DNA of 64,000 nt, taken from the NCBI GenBank assembly GCA_030265395.1, contig JARFYF010000007.1:81699344-81763343 (forward strand), written 5' to 3'. This DNA comes from Rhina ancylostomus. Its lineage: Eukaryota. The translations under genes were made by a program, and so were the position numbers. Positions 37,810 to 50,300 of this stretch are shown piece after piece (position 1 is the first letter of the stretch; every line of letters starts with the position of its first letter). The notes under the pieces are model-generated. The model saw only the letters and a list, made by a program, of their open reading frames with translations, was not told the origin of the DNA and ran no database searches.

Positions 37810-38210
37810 CATAGTCATAGAATTATCCAGCATGGAAACGGGCCCTTTGGCTCAATTCGTCCATGCTGACCAGGTTACCTACCTGAGCTGGCCCTGTTTG
37901 CCTGCTTGTGGCCCAAATCCCTCTAAACCTTTCCTATCCGTGTACCAGTCCAAATGTCTTAAGTGTTATTATTGTACCCACCTCTACTAACTCTGGCAGC
38001 TAGTTCCACATGTCCACCACCCTCTGTGTGGACAGATTTACTCCTTAGGTCCCCTTTAAATCTTTCCCCTCTCACCTTAATCTGTGCCCTCTAGTTTTAG
38101 ACTCCCCTGGCCTGGGAAAACGATCTGACCATTCTCCTTATCTATATCCTTCATGGTTGCTTACACTTCTAAGGTCACCCCCTTGATCATTTACTCTCCA
38201 GGGAAAAATA
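37810..38210 (-). mobile_element. CR1-type LINE 3' end
   Basis: CCCTCTAAACCTTTCCTATCC..CCTCTCACCTTAA..CCTCTAGTTTTAGACTCCCC, the reverse of the CR1 tail. Confidence 0.75.
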
Positions 38211-38264
38211 CTTTATAGCATTGATGTTTATAACATTCTTGTTGCACAAGCTGTAACAACATTT

Positions 38265-39050
38265 CAGAATTAGGTTTATTATCACTGACATAAGTTGTGA
38301 AATGTATTGTTTTATGGCAGCAGTACAGTGCAAGACATAAAAATTACTATTTAAGTTACAAAAATAAATAGTGTAAAAGGGGAATAATGAAGTAGTGTTC
38401 ATGGACCATTCAGAAGTCTGATGGCAGAGAGGAAGAAGCTGTTCCTGAATCACAGTGTGGGTCTTCAGGCTCCTATACCACCTCCCCGATGGTAGTAACG
38501 TGAAGAGGGCATGTCATGGATGGTGAGGGTCCTTAGTGATGGATGCCACCTTCTTGAGGTACTGCCTCTTGAAGATGTCCTCAATGGTGGGGAGGGTTGT
38601 GCCCATGATGGAGCTGGCTGAGTCTACAACCCTCTGCAGCCTNNNNNNNNNNNNNNNNNNNNNNNNNNNNNNNNNNNNNNNNNNNNNNNNNNNNNNNNNN
38701 NNNNNNNNNNNNNNNNNNNNNNNNNNNNNNNNNNNNNNNNNNGATGGAGCTGGCTGAGTCTACAACCCTCTGCAGCCTCTTGTGATCCTGTGCATTGGAG
38801 CCTCCATACCAGGTGGTGACGCAACCAGTCAGAATGCTCTCCACTGTACATCTGTAGAAATTTGCAAGAGTCTTCATATCAAATCTCCACAAACTCCTAA
38901 TGAAATAAAGTCGCTGGCGTGCCACCTTTGTGATTGCATCAATGTGTTGGGCCCAGGATAGATTCTCTGATCCCCTTTCCACTGCTGACCCCTCTATGAA
39001 TACTGGTGTGTTTTCTCCTGACCTCCCATTCCTGAAGTCCACTTCCTCCT
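38265..39050 (-). mobile_element. Rex1/Babar-type LINE 3' fragment
   Basis: Minus ORF LSWAQHIDAITKVARQRLYFIRSL..NFYRCTVESILTGCVTTWYG..QDHKRLQRVV. Confidence 0.8.
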
Positions 39051-39914
39051 TCCTGAAGTACCATTTTAAGGGCAAGGTGTTTTTTTTTAAAAACTGAATT
39101 AACAATTGGCAACAAATTCAGGAGAGCAGAGGCTTTCAAATTCCACTCCAATTATTGAAACACGGACTAGACAAAATATGGAGGCGGTCACAATGTTTGC
39201 AGATCAGTGAAATATACTTAAGGTAGTTCAAGAGCACTTGCACAGTTGTGAATCATCATTTCTGTTCTGGAATGAAGGTCATGTCAGCTGAAGAAACCAG
39301 TGTCTTTGAAACTCAGCAAAGTTGGGTTCTGCCCTGCTCATTAGTGTCTTCAGTTTGCAAATTAAAATTCTGTTTAAAATTAAAACCAAGTGTACCGACT
39401 TTGCATTGGAATTCTGTGTGGCAGATGGCTTTCCAGTAAATTGTTAAACGAAGGTCCAGTCTGCACACCACCTGCCCAGGTTGGTGTAAAAGCTATCACA
39501 GCAGTATATTGTTGAACATTTGAGTCCAAACTGATAACCTAGAACTTAATATTTGTTGGAGATTTAACTACTACATTTCTATAGTGATACTTCGCGTATT
39601 TAACTGTTATGTTTTTTGGGCATTCTGAGGTCATGAAAGGTGAACTGGAATACAATTCTGCATAAAACAACCTGAAATGGGTTAAATAATCATTTAGCTT
39701 GCATTGAAGTTCTGATTTGCTGAAATTGTGACAAGGCTGTATAACAAGTCCATCTGAACTTCTAAAGTATATGCATGATTGTGCTCTGCTTTTTATTCAG
39801 TCATTTTTTAGCCTCAGATTTGAATGACATAATTTCAAATGAATGTGCACATTGCAGAATCATGTGCAAGTTATTGTTATGCAAACTTTACAAAGCACTT
39901 TTTATTATTCTAAG

Positions 39915-40036
39915 CACAAGATATGGAAAACATGAGCGAGGATGATGGCTGGGAATTTGTAAACCTTGGCGATCAACAGAGTTTTGGAATAAAAACTGCA
40001 GGGCTGGAGGAGAAAGCAACAGCTTGTCAAATGTTG
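39915..40036 (+). CDS. IPO5: Importin-5 exon 17
   Basis: CTAAG| [41 protein letters not shown] |GTAAGG. Confidence 0.96.
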
Positions 40037-41264
40037 GTAAGGGCTAATTTAACTATCTCACTAACACAGTTCTCGATAAACAGTACTTTAAACCAAAGTG
40101 TTGTGGTTATGCATGGTATATAATGAATTATAATACAAGTACATTGTAAGTACTGTGGTATCAAGGGCAAATCAGAAGCTGGGTATTCCGCAGCAAGCGA
40201 GACATCCTGGGTCCTCTCCAAAGGCCTTTCCACCATCCATAAGGCACATCAGGAGTGTGATGGAAAACTCTCCACTTGGATGAGTACAGCTCCAGCAAAA
40301 CTCAAGAAGTTCAACACCATCCAAAACACAGCAGGCTGCTTGACTAGTACACCACTGACAATTCTAAATATCCCCATTACTACCAGTGTACGGTGTGCGC
40401 CATCTGCAAAAGGCACTGCTGGTCGTTATCTCAAGTTCTCTGAGAGGACCCTCAAACACCAACACCCCCCCCACCCCAAAACCCTCTTACCAAGAAGGAA
40501 AAGGGAATACCACTCCCTACAGAGTCCCCTCCAAACAACATGCTATCCTAATTTGGAAATATGTTGCCAATCTTTTATTGTAATTTGAAGTCCTTCCCCT
40601 TGGGAGTACTGTCCAGAAGGTTTGTATTATATAAGGAGGTGGTTCACCATGGCTTGTCAAGGCAGTTAGGGATGGGTATTTAAACTCTGGCCTTCCCACC
40701 AGCATGTCCCAAAAAGTTAATTTAAAAATGCTGCGTATTTGTTAAGCCAAACATTGTGTAGAATGTATAATTCATATTAAAGTAAACCCAGGTTCTTTAT
40801 TTTTTAATTTGTTGTTGTTCATAATGCTAGTGCTGTAAAGCTAAGTGGACAATTCAGATGATTTCAGTAATTCAGGCAAGGACGATAGTGTTTATAAAAT
40901 TCAATAAAATGGTTTATCCCAGTGGATTAGGTGATTCAAAAAAAAGAATTGATTCCAACAACAACTACTTAAGATGTCATTTTTAAAAAAACTTTTGAAA
41001 GGTGAACCGATCTGCAGTTGTTTGACGGTGAGTATTTGTCACACAGCTGGATACTGTCATATCTTTCAGCATTCCTACTCATGAAATCAGTTTTGCTGTT
41101 GATGGGTTTGCCTATCCGATGATGATCTGAGTCACTTCCATTTGCAAATGAGGTCTTTAAAACAGCTTACAATTCAGACCCTGAAATTAAAGTGGGTGAA
41201 TGTGCTTTGTAGTGATTGTTCTTCCACAGAGTAACCGTCGGCAAATTGCAATGTATATCCCTAG

Positions 41265-41361
41265 GTCTGCTATGCAAAAGAGTTGAAGGAAGGGTTTGCC
41301 GAGTACACTGAACAAGTGGTGAAACTGATGGTGCCGCTCCTTAAATTTTACTTTCACGATG
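41265..41361 (+). CDS. IPO5: Importin-5 exon 18
   Basis: CCTAG| [32 protein letters not shown](G) |ATATCCTTT (U12 donor). Confidence 0.96.
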
Positions 41362-42139
41362 ATATCCTTTCATTCAAAGCAATCTTGCGTAATTTTCGAA
41401 AAATATTCCACACCATGGGCACTCCAATTAAATGAGGGAAAAATCCTTGTTTCTGCTAAATGTAATTTGCTAATGTATCATGTACAACTATGGCATAGTT
41501 TGTGTCTGAATCTTGTGTTAAATGCTTTTAGATGGTTCAATCACTTCTGCAAATTGGTAAAATGGTTTATTATTGTCACGTGTACTGAGGTATAGTGAAA
41601 AACTTTGTTTTGCATACCATTCATACAGATCATTTCATATTAGTACAAGAGGAAAGCAATGCAGAATACAAGCAAAATACTGTAGAACCAGGAAACCTGA
41701 AAATAACTGCTAGAGCTACTCAGATGGTTATGCAGCTTGTGTGGAGAGAGAAACCACTAACATTTCATATCAATGCCCTTTTTTCAGTAACATTTTGATA
41801 GTTCTGTAATTTAACACAATGCAGATGTGAAAATAGTATAACTTGTATGTTTTTTAATATATAAAATACAACTTGGAGGAAAAAGTCCTATTTTGCAGTC
41901 ATCAGTTTGCAGTGGGTAATGAAAGGAAATTACCTTGTAGAGTTATTTTAGCAGTGGGTTCAATATAGGACCTTGCAGGTTGATAGGTAACTGGTGTATC
42001 AGCGTACTTGGCACAGAAACAACTACCTGTCCAGTCAGTGCAAGTGAAGTACAAAGTGGTAAACAGCTAGAAGTCTACTGCTGAATGGTAGCATGGTGAT
42101 TTTCATCACGTGGCACAAGTATTGAAGAGGTACTAAACG

Positions 42140-42845
42140 GAGAGAATTCAGAAATTGGGGATGCAAAGAGACTTGGAAGTCCTAGTGTAGGATTTTCTCA
42201 AAGTTAACCTGCAGGTTGAATTGTTAGTAAAGAAGGCCAATGCAATGTTAGCATTCATTTCAAGAGGACTAGAACATAAAAGCAAGGATGTAATGCTGAG
42301 GCTTTATAAGGTGTTGGTCTGACCATATTTTGAAGCTTTGTGAACTCTTTTGGGTCCCATATCTAAGGAAGTATGTGCTAATGTTGGAGAGGGTCCAGAA
42401 AATTACCCTGGGAATGAAAGGGTTAATGTACGAGGAGCATTTGATGGCTCTGGGCCTGTACTCGGAGTTCAGAAGAATGAGGGGGGGATCTCATTGAAAC
42501 CTATCAAACGTTGAAAGGCCTGGATAGAGTGGACGTGGGGAGGATGTTTCCAGTAGTGGGATAGTCTAGGACCAGAATAAAAGGGTGACCCTTTAGAACA
42601 GATGAGGAGGAATTTCTTAGCTAGAGGATGGTGAATCTGTGGAATTCATTGCCACAGACAGCTATGGCAGCCAAGTCATTGGGTATATTTAAAGCAGAGG
42701 TTGATAGGTTCCTGATTAGTAAGGGCATCAAAAGTTATGGGGAGGAGAATGGGGTTGAGAGGGAAAAATAACTTGGCCACCATTTGAATGGTGGAACAAA
42801 CTCGATGGGCTGAATGGCCTAATTCTGCTCGTGTCTTATGGCCTA
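42140..42845 (+). mobile_element. CR1-type LINE 3' fragment
   Basis: KKANAMLAFISRGLEHKSKDVMLRLYKVLV-like remnant and tail GATGGGCTGAATGGCCTAATTCTGCTC. Confidence 0.8.
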
Positions 42846-45619
42846 AGATACAAATTCCTAAAATTTTATTAGGAAAGATTGGCTTGGCTGGGATTGTTTT
42901 AAAATGGAGAAGCTGGAGGGGGGAAAATATAATGGTAAAATTGAGAGGTTTGATGCAGGGTTTTGAGCTGAAACCCCGACAGTTCCTTTTCCCAGCTGAT
43001 TGTATGTTGAAACCATAAAGGATTAGTCATCGGAATTGGTCATTAGTCTTGGAATGCATACTGGCTTCTTCCTGTGGCATTATATTTCCACTACTGGGTG
43101 TTTAAAAATGCTGTACAGTATTTCAAGAGGGTTTCTGTATCGGAGGCTGGTTCTAGGCACCGCTCTATAGGACAGCATGAAAGACATGAAGGCTTTGGAG
43201 AGGATGCAGCAGATATTGACCAAAGTGGTTCCAGGGATGAGCCACTGTAGATTGGAGAAGCTGGGGTTGTCCTTGCAACAGAGGTCGTCACAGGAGATCA
43301 GAGGTATTCAAAATCAAAGTGTTAGGCAGGCTAAGACTTTATTTCTCGGACTATAGGAGCCTGAGGGGTGACCTTTTTTAGAGGTGTATAAAATCATGAG
43401 AGGCATAGAAAGGATGAATGCACTGTCTTTTTCCCAGGGAAAGAATCAAAAACTACAGGGTATAGGTTTAAGATGAGAGGGGCAAGATTTAAAAGGGACC
43501 TGAGGGGTATTGTTAATGCTGAAGGTGGTGTGCATGTGGAGCGAGCTGCCAGAGGAGTTGGTGGGGGGGCGGGTGGGGGTCAGGTGCAATAGCATTTAAA
43601 AGACNNNNNNNNNNNNNNNNNNNNNNNNNNNNNNNNNNNNNNNNNNNNNNNNNNNNNNNNNNNNNNNNNNNNNNNNNNNNNNNNNNNNNNNNNNNNNNNN
43701 NNNNCCTTAGTCTCTGTTCTCTTTCACTCATGAAGCTTAGAGAAGTACACAGTCACAATTTTCTCACCCTTATGCATATGAAACTAGATAACAGAACATC
43801 TTTGCAATTTTAAAAATATGCATTATCTCAAGAATGCTTTCCACATTAGCAGAATCTGTTAGGAGGTAAAGAAACTATACCATTAGAACAACAACAAGCA
43901 TTTGATTTAGATTTAACATTCATAGATATCTTGAAGTTAGTAAAATCGCATGATTTGGCCAAGAAAAAATGTCATGATGATCCTTGTGACTGACATTATT
44001 AACCAGCTAAGCCCTCAGCAGCACCTCAGTTAATTCCACTAAGCTCCTGGCATAATTTCAGTTTTATGCTTCATTCATTCAAGCTCAGTGCCAAAACTAG
44101 TAAGCACAGCACTAAATCAAACTTTGGTTGATTTAGTGAACATTATTCAAAATGCGAGCTTGACATTTCTCTTTACAGACATTGAGAGTCTTTTTTTCAG
44201 ATTTTTGCCTGCTGCTTTCTTGTTTACTCTCTACCAAACTAATTCCATTGGTAATTTCCTTGAGTTTCCAATTCTCATATCTATCTAGGTTTTCCATTGA
44301 TCAATTAGCTACCAGATGGCAGTTTAGTGACCTGCAGAATGAAGGCAGCCACCGTTCCACTCAGTGCCATCTGACATGGATGAAAAGGAGGCAGTCATAG
44401 TCAGCACAGACATGGTGGGCCGAAGGGCCTGTTACTGTGCTGTACTGTTCTATGTTGTATGTCCAAGAAAAAATTAGTCTCCCTTACCCACTGATAGAGC
44501 AGACCCAATGTTTTCCAAATGTGACCTACCCAGGTCTTAAAGTTTGACCTGCCAAAAGCGAAGCTTTTTCTTGCTGATTTTAACTAGGCAATTGGGTTCA
44601 GAATCTAAATGAGGCCCAGCAGTTAAAATTGGCCAGTTCTCAAACAGGGGTTGGGTGTGAGGACTTTAAATGGGAGTGAATTTTGGGCAGTTTTGGGAAT
44701 GAGGCCCAGAACCAAAGCTCTCACACCCAACCCTTACACCTTCTCAGACATATTATGGGATAACATTTGAAACAAATAAAGGGAGGAGAAAGGCACAACC
44801 AAATAGGATCCAAATGAGCTTTGGGAAACACAGTGAAAAGTCAACGGAACCTCTAGCTCCATGTGCTTTCTCAATTTCTGAAGACCCAATCAACCTCAAA
44901 AAGCTTTGAAAATGTATTTGGCATACTTAACTCTTTAAAGTGTAAACTATTAGTTCAATTTTGTTATGCTACATCAGAAAATATAATATTTAAATCGTTG
45001 TTAGCAAATGCAGAAGAAAATACTAAACAATCCTTATAAGATGTAACTTTACTGATAACAGTGTAGAATCTTGTCATGTGCTTTGTGAATTTTAAACTTC
45101 CAACATGCACTGAATCATCAAGGTAATGCTTTTCAAAATTAGCACTGTTTTTTACATTACGTACAATTAATCAATCAAAATTTGCCCTTGCCATGATATC
45201 TCAGTTTCCAAAGTAGCCTCCAGTTAGTTTGATCAGACTTTACCTCTCAGAAGGAAGCATAAAGTGTGTATGAAATTATTCACAGGTTTGCCATTCCACT
45301 TAAGATTTGTTCTTTGCAAGACAATGATAGCTGTGATCATAGATGAAAGCACTGCATATCTCCATGCAGTCTGCTTAGATCCAAGTGATTACAAATGGCA
45401 CTAAAGTTTCACTTTAGGCACATTTTCAGGCTCTCCAGCTTTGTCCCTATTGCATAAGTTAATGCATGAGGAGAAGTGTATGGAGTATCTGGGTGCATAG
45501 ATGCTCCAGAAAAGGATCATGTACCCAAGAAATGGGTATAAGGTTCAGTTAATTAAACATCCTAATTTTGGCCTGATTTTGTGCTGGATCATAGTACAAG
45601 TCAATTGAAGATTGGAGGG

Positions 45620-47035
45620 TGTATAATGTTATGCCTTTATTCAAGAAAGACTGCAAGCATAAGACAGGGAACTACAGGCCAGTGAGCCCAATATCAGTGG
45701 TGAGAAAGTTACTGGAGGGGATTCCAAGGACAGGATTTACCAGCATATGGTAAAGCAAGGACTGATCAGGGATAGTCAGCATTGCTTTGTGTCTTACAAA
45801 TTTGAATGAGTTTTTTGAAGAGGTGACCAAGAGGATTGACTGAGGCCGCGCAGTAGATGTGGTCTATAAAAAGGCCTCTGACAAGGTCCCAGATGGTAGG
45901 CTGGTCTGGAAGGTCAAGTCACATGGAATCCAGGTTGACTTAGCCAATTAGATACAAAATTGGCTTAGTTGAAGGAGGCAGAGGGTGAGAGTGGAGGGTT
46001 GTTTTTCAGATTGGAGGTCTGTGACCTGTGGTGTGCCACAGGGATCAGTGCGGGGTCCCCTGTTGTTTGTCATCTATGTTAATGATTTGGATAACAATGT
46101 TGTTAACATAGTTACTAAGCTTGCTGATGACACCAAAATTGGTGGTGTAGTGGACAATGAAAAGTGTTATATAAGTTTACAAAGGAATCTAGACCTACTT
46201 GGGACTTGGACCAAGGAATGACAAATGGAATTTAACTCAGATAAGTGTGAGGTGTTGCATTTTGGTCATTTAAACCAGAGCAGGACTTGCACAGTAAATG
46301 GGAGGGTCCTTAAGTGTTGCAACAAAATAATTCTAAGCAATATCCTTTAAGATTGTAAATTGTGCATAGTTTCCTGAAAGTGGAGACACAGGTAGGCAGG
46401 GTGTTGAAGAAGGCATTAAACATGTTTGCCTTCATCAGTCAGGGCATTGTGTACAAGAGTTGGGATGTCATGTTCCAGCTGTACAAGACATTGGTGAGAC
46501 TGCACTAGGAGTAATATGTGCAGTTCTGGTCACCTGGATATACGAAGGATGTCATTAACCTGGGAAACGTGCAGAAAAGATTCAAAAGGATGTCAGCAGA
46601 TCTGGAGGGCTTGAACTATAAGGAGAAACTGGATAGGCTGGAACTTTTTTCCCAGGAGCGTAGGAGGCTGAGGGGTGACCTTATGGAAGTTTATAAAGTC
46701 ATGAGGGGCATTGATAAAGTGAATGGTCACAGTCTTTTTGCCAGGGTAGGGGAGTCTAAAACTAGAGGGCATAGGTTTAAGGTAAGAAGGGAAAGATCTG
46801 AAAGGACTCTGAGAGACAACTTTTCCAAGGCAGAGGGTGGTGAGTAAATGGAATGAGCAGCCAGAGTTAGTGGTAGAGGTGGGTACAGTAACAATCTTTA
46901 AGACATTTAGACAGGTACATGGATAGGAAAGGTTTAGAGGGATATGGGCCAAACACAGGCGAATGGGGCCATCTTAAACAGGCATCTTGGTCATCAGGGA
47001 CAAGTTGGGCTGAAGGGCCTGTGTTACTCTATGGC
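45620..47035 (+). mobile_element. CR1-type LINE ~1.4-kb 3' fragment with degenerate RT
   Basis: VTCGVPQGSVRGPLLFVIYVNDLD..KLADDTKIGGVVD and QFWSP..RLRGDLMEVYK..KTRGHRFKVR; stops and frameshifts. Confidence 0.88.
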
Positions 47036-47366
47036 TATGCCTCAATGACTAAGTGTTAAGGCAGTAGATGGAGAAAAACTATTCCCATTTGTAGAAGGAG
47101 CCAGAACACAGAGGGCATAGAGGGGTGACTGGCAAAAGAGATGAGGTATGAAACTTCACAATGACTGTTGGATCTGGATGGCCAGGGACTGTGGTGGAAT
47201 AAGGTTCAATTCTCGCTTTCAAAGGGATCTGGAAGGAATTAACTTGCAGGGGTGGCCGTCGGATTGACGTTGCATAGAACGGGTACAAACTCTGGGCCGA
47301 ATGGTCTCCTTGCATGCTGTGAGTGCTCATTACAAGAGACTGTTCAGTCTTCCTTAACAGTGAAAC

Positions 47367-47539
47367 GTGTCCGCGTTGCTGCTGCGGAATCGATGCCTCT
47401 GCTGCTGGAGTGTGCACGGGTCCGGGGACCCGAATACGTGACACAAATGTGGCATTTCATGTGTGATTCTCTCATCAAAGGAATTGGTACGGAGCCAGAT
47501 TCTGATGTTCTCTCTGAAATTATGCATTCTTTCGCAAAG
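47367..47539 (+). CDS. IPO5: Importin-5 exon 19
   Basis: AAAC| [42 protein letters not shown] |GTAATC. Confidence 0.96.
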
Positions 47540-47684
47540 GTAATCTTTCACACGAACTATTTTTTTAAAAAACTTTCACGCTGTTATTTTTGTAAGAAGG
47601 TTTGGTTGCTGCTAAGTGATCCCTCTCCAGTAGAGTTTGCTGATATTGCTAATCTGGCTGAATTGGTTGTCATTTTAGATTCAT

Positions 47685-48000
47685 AGTCATACAGCATGGA
47701 AACGATTCCTTGGGCCCACGGAGTCCATGATCATCAGCCACCTGTTTAATCCTACACTAATCCCACTTGTTCTCCCCACATTGTCACCAACTTTCCCCAG
47801 AGTTTACCACTCACCTGCACGCCAAGGGCAATTTACAGCTGCTAGTTACCCACCGAAGTGGGAGGGAGCCAAGGTTCCCGGGGGAACCGGCATGGTTACA
47901 GGGAGAACGTCTGAACTTTGCACGTGCACACGGGTCGAGGTTAAACTTGGCTCTCTACTGCCGTGAGGCAGTGGCTCCACTGACTGTAACAGTGTGCTAC
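47685..48000 (-). mobile_element. V-SINE (HE1-like)
   Basis: GGGCAATTTACAG..GGTTACAGGGAGAACGT..CCGTGAGGCAGTGGCTCCAC. Confidence 0.6.
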
Positions 48001-49369
48001 CCATTTGATTCTTGTGGGTTCAAGTTTAGTACTGGAGATGTCCAAACATCAGTGCAGTATGAGAGTCTGCCTCACTGCAGGAGATGGTGTCTTTCAAATG
48101 AGACTTTGAGCAGAGTCCCTGTTTTGTGTTCTCGGGACAAAAAATTCCAAGGTCCTATTTTGNNNNNNNNNNAACAGAGGAGTTATTCTGGTTCTGTATT
48201 TAGTCCCCAACTGACAATGCAAAAAAAACAGATTTGGTTGATTATGATATTGCCTGTGGGAGCTTGCCATTTGCAAAATAAATGCTGCATTTCTTAGCAA
48301 CAGTGACCACATTTCTAAATTAATTCATTGGCTATGAAGCTCTTTGGGTATCCTGAAAGGGACATGAAAGGCTATAAAAATTCAGATCTTTTTGAATGTT
48401 GCTATTACTGACGTTTCATAGGGCAGTTCATTCTGGAACAGGCAAAACATAGTGCAGAGTACAATGAGTGAAATTTGGCACAAAACATAATCCTTGTACT
48501 TAACCAGGGTGGAGTTGCTTCCTTTTGAATTTCTTGCTTACCTGCCTTCAAAGATGAGTAGAGATCAGGGCAGATATTTTTCTGGTGCTGAATTTGCCAT
48601 TCTTTATATGTAAACAACTGTCAATTCCATTTGTTAAAAGCATTCTGGTCATGAACCTGCTGGTCTGCTTGATCACTTTCAAAGAAAAGCTTAATGCCTT
48701 TCTTGGATTGCTGAATCCAAATAATCCTCAGCCATGGGAAAAGGATGCTAGGTATGTTTAACTGCCAAATGCATTGCTGCAAATGCATCTGCAGGGAGTG
48801 ATGCAGAGAAGTGCATTGATCACAGAGCTGAAATGGGAGTAGATGTGGCTAAGCTGTTTCCCTTGGTGGGTGAGTCCAGGACTGGAGGGCACCCTCTTAA
48901 AATTAGAGGGTACCCATTTAGAACAGAAATGAGAAATTTCTTTAGCCAGAGGCTCGTGGATTTATGGAATTCTTTGCCACATACAGCTGTGGAGGCCCGA
49001 TCATTGGGGTGTTTAAGGAGGAGATTGATAGATATCTAATTAGTCAAGGGATATGGGGGGGGGAACCTGGAAATTAGGGCTAGGTAGGAATAGTTTAGCT
49101 CCTGGAGCAGACTCTGGGCTAAATGGCCTACTTCTGCTCCTTTGTCTTGTGATCAGGCTGCTTTAGACACGGCAGCAAGAACATTACTTAAGCCAGTGAG
49201 TTGAACTATACTGAGGCATTTTCTCTGTGGTCTGTTCAAAATGTTTACTAGCCATTTCACACAGGGTCACCAACACCCTTCTTGCATCTTGTGCTTTCCA
49301 TCCCAAGTCCAACCACAGTACCTGAGTCTTTACTGATCTGCTCCTTGCATTTTTCTCTCTGCTCTTTAG

Positions 49370-49481
49370 TGCATAGAGTTGATGGGCGAAGGCTGCTTAA
49401 ACAAGGAGCACCTAGAGGAACTGGGCAATATTATGAAAGGGAAGTTGGAAGAACACTTCAAAAATCAAGAATTGAGACAAG
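49370..49481 (+). CDS. IPO5: Importin-5 exon 20
   Basis: TTTAG| [37 protein letters not shown] |GTATAA. Confidence 0.96.
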
Positions 49482-49658
49482 GTATAAATGTGTTGCTTCT
49501 TTAGTAAACTTCAAGGCGATCTCCTGCAAGAGCCACACATGGTTTCCTCATGTCATTGTAACCTCTCACTTGCCAACTCGTCTTTCTGTCTGTGTGCAAA
49601 TGTTTGGTTGTAGGTTTATGTCGCAATGTAATTGGGTGATTTTTTTTTTCCTTTTTAG

Positions 49659-49714
49659 CAAAGAGACAAGATGAAGACTATGATGAACAAGTGGAAGAAA
49701 ACTTGCAAGATGAA
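49659..49714 (+). CDS. IPO5: Importin-5 exon 21
   Basis: TTTAG| AKRQDEDYDEQVEENLQDE |GTAATC. Confidence 0.95.
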
Positions 49715-49873
49715 GTAATCTGTTTCTTTATTGTGGCTTGTTAAATTAAACTTACGTTGTTATTATTGTGACAAATTTGCAGAAAGATAATTATTCAAGG
49801 TCTTTTGTATTTGACTATTATGAATGAATTCAGATGAATTTAAATTTGCGGTATGCAATTTATCTGGTTACAG

Positions 49874-49996
49874 GATGATAGTGATGTTTACATCTTGACT
49901 AAAATTTCGGACATCTTACACTCAATGTTCAGCTGTTACAAAGAGAAAGTGCTGCCGTGGTTTGAACAGATTCTCCCTCTAATAGTCAATTTAATT
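49874..49996 (+). CDS. IPO5: Importin-5 exon 22
   Basis: TACAG| [41 protein letters not shown] |GTAAGT. Confidence 0.96.
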
Positions 49997-50080
49997 GTAA
50001 GTTTAAACCAAATAAAGATTCAAGATTGGTTCCAGTTTTCCTGATGTCTTCGAGCTAATAAATCCTTTTCCTCTCTGCAG

Positions 50081-50300
50081 TGTCCGCACAGGCCATGGGC
50101 AGACAAGCAGTGGGGCTTATGCATCTTTGATGATGTAATTGAGCATTGCAGCCCTACGTCCTTTAAGTATGCAGAGTACTTCCTGCGGCCCATGTTGCAG
50201 TATGTCTGTGATAACAGCCCTGAGGTCAGACAAGCCGCAGCCTATGGAGTTGGAGTTATGGCTCAGTTTGGTGGAGAGAATTACAGGCCGTTCTGTACTG
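50081..50300 (+). CDS. IPO5: Importin-5 exon 23
   Basis: TGCAG| [51 protein letters not shown] |GTAGGT. Confidence 0.97.

Larger units (their letters stand above)
41362..47366 (+). other. U12-type (minor spliceosome) AT-AC intron
   Basis: 5' ATATCCTTT, branch TTCCTTAAC (47350-47358) and 3' AC (47365-47366). Splicing restores the conserved FHD-G-VRVAAAE. Confidence 0.93.

Noticed and set aside
41252-41264. ATATCCCT just before exon 18, resembling a second U12 donor
   Set aside because: It is an imperfect match lying within the U2 acceptor, and no upstream exon would use it.
43968-43997. ATGATGA..CTGA inside an AATGTCA/TGACATT stem, resembling a box C/D motif
   Set aside because: Only 9 nt separate the boxes, leaving no room for a guide or C'/D' boxes, and the kink-turn register is off. 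Probably a chance hairpin.
45244-45380. Short minus-strand open frame ending at a GTAAA donor-like site inside the U12 intron
   Set aside because: About 40 codons with no recognisable homology and a poor acceptor, so a nested gene is not supported.
45985-46847. RT-like ORFs as an intact or domesticated gene
   Set aside because: They contain multiple stops and frameshifts and belong to a 5'-truncated CR1 relic.
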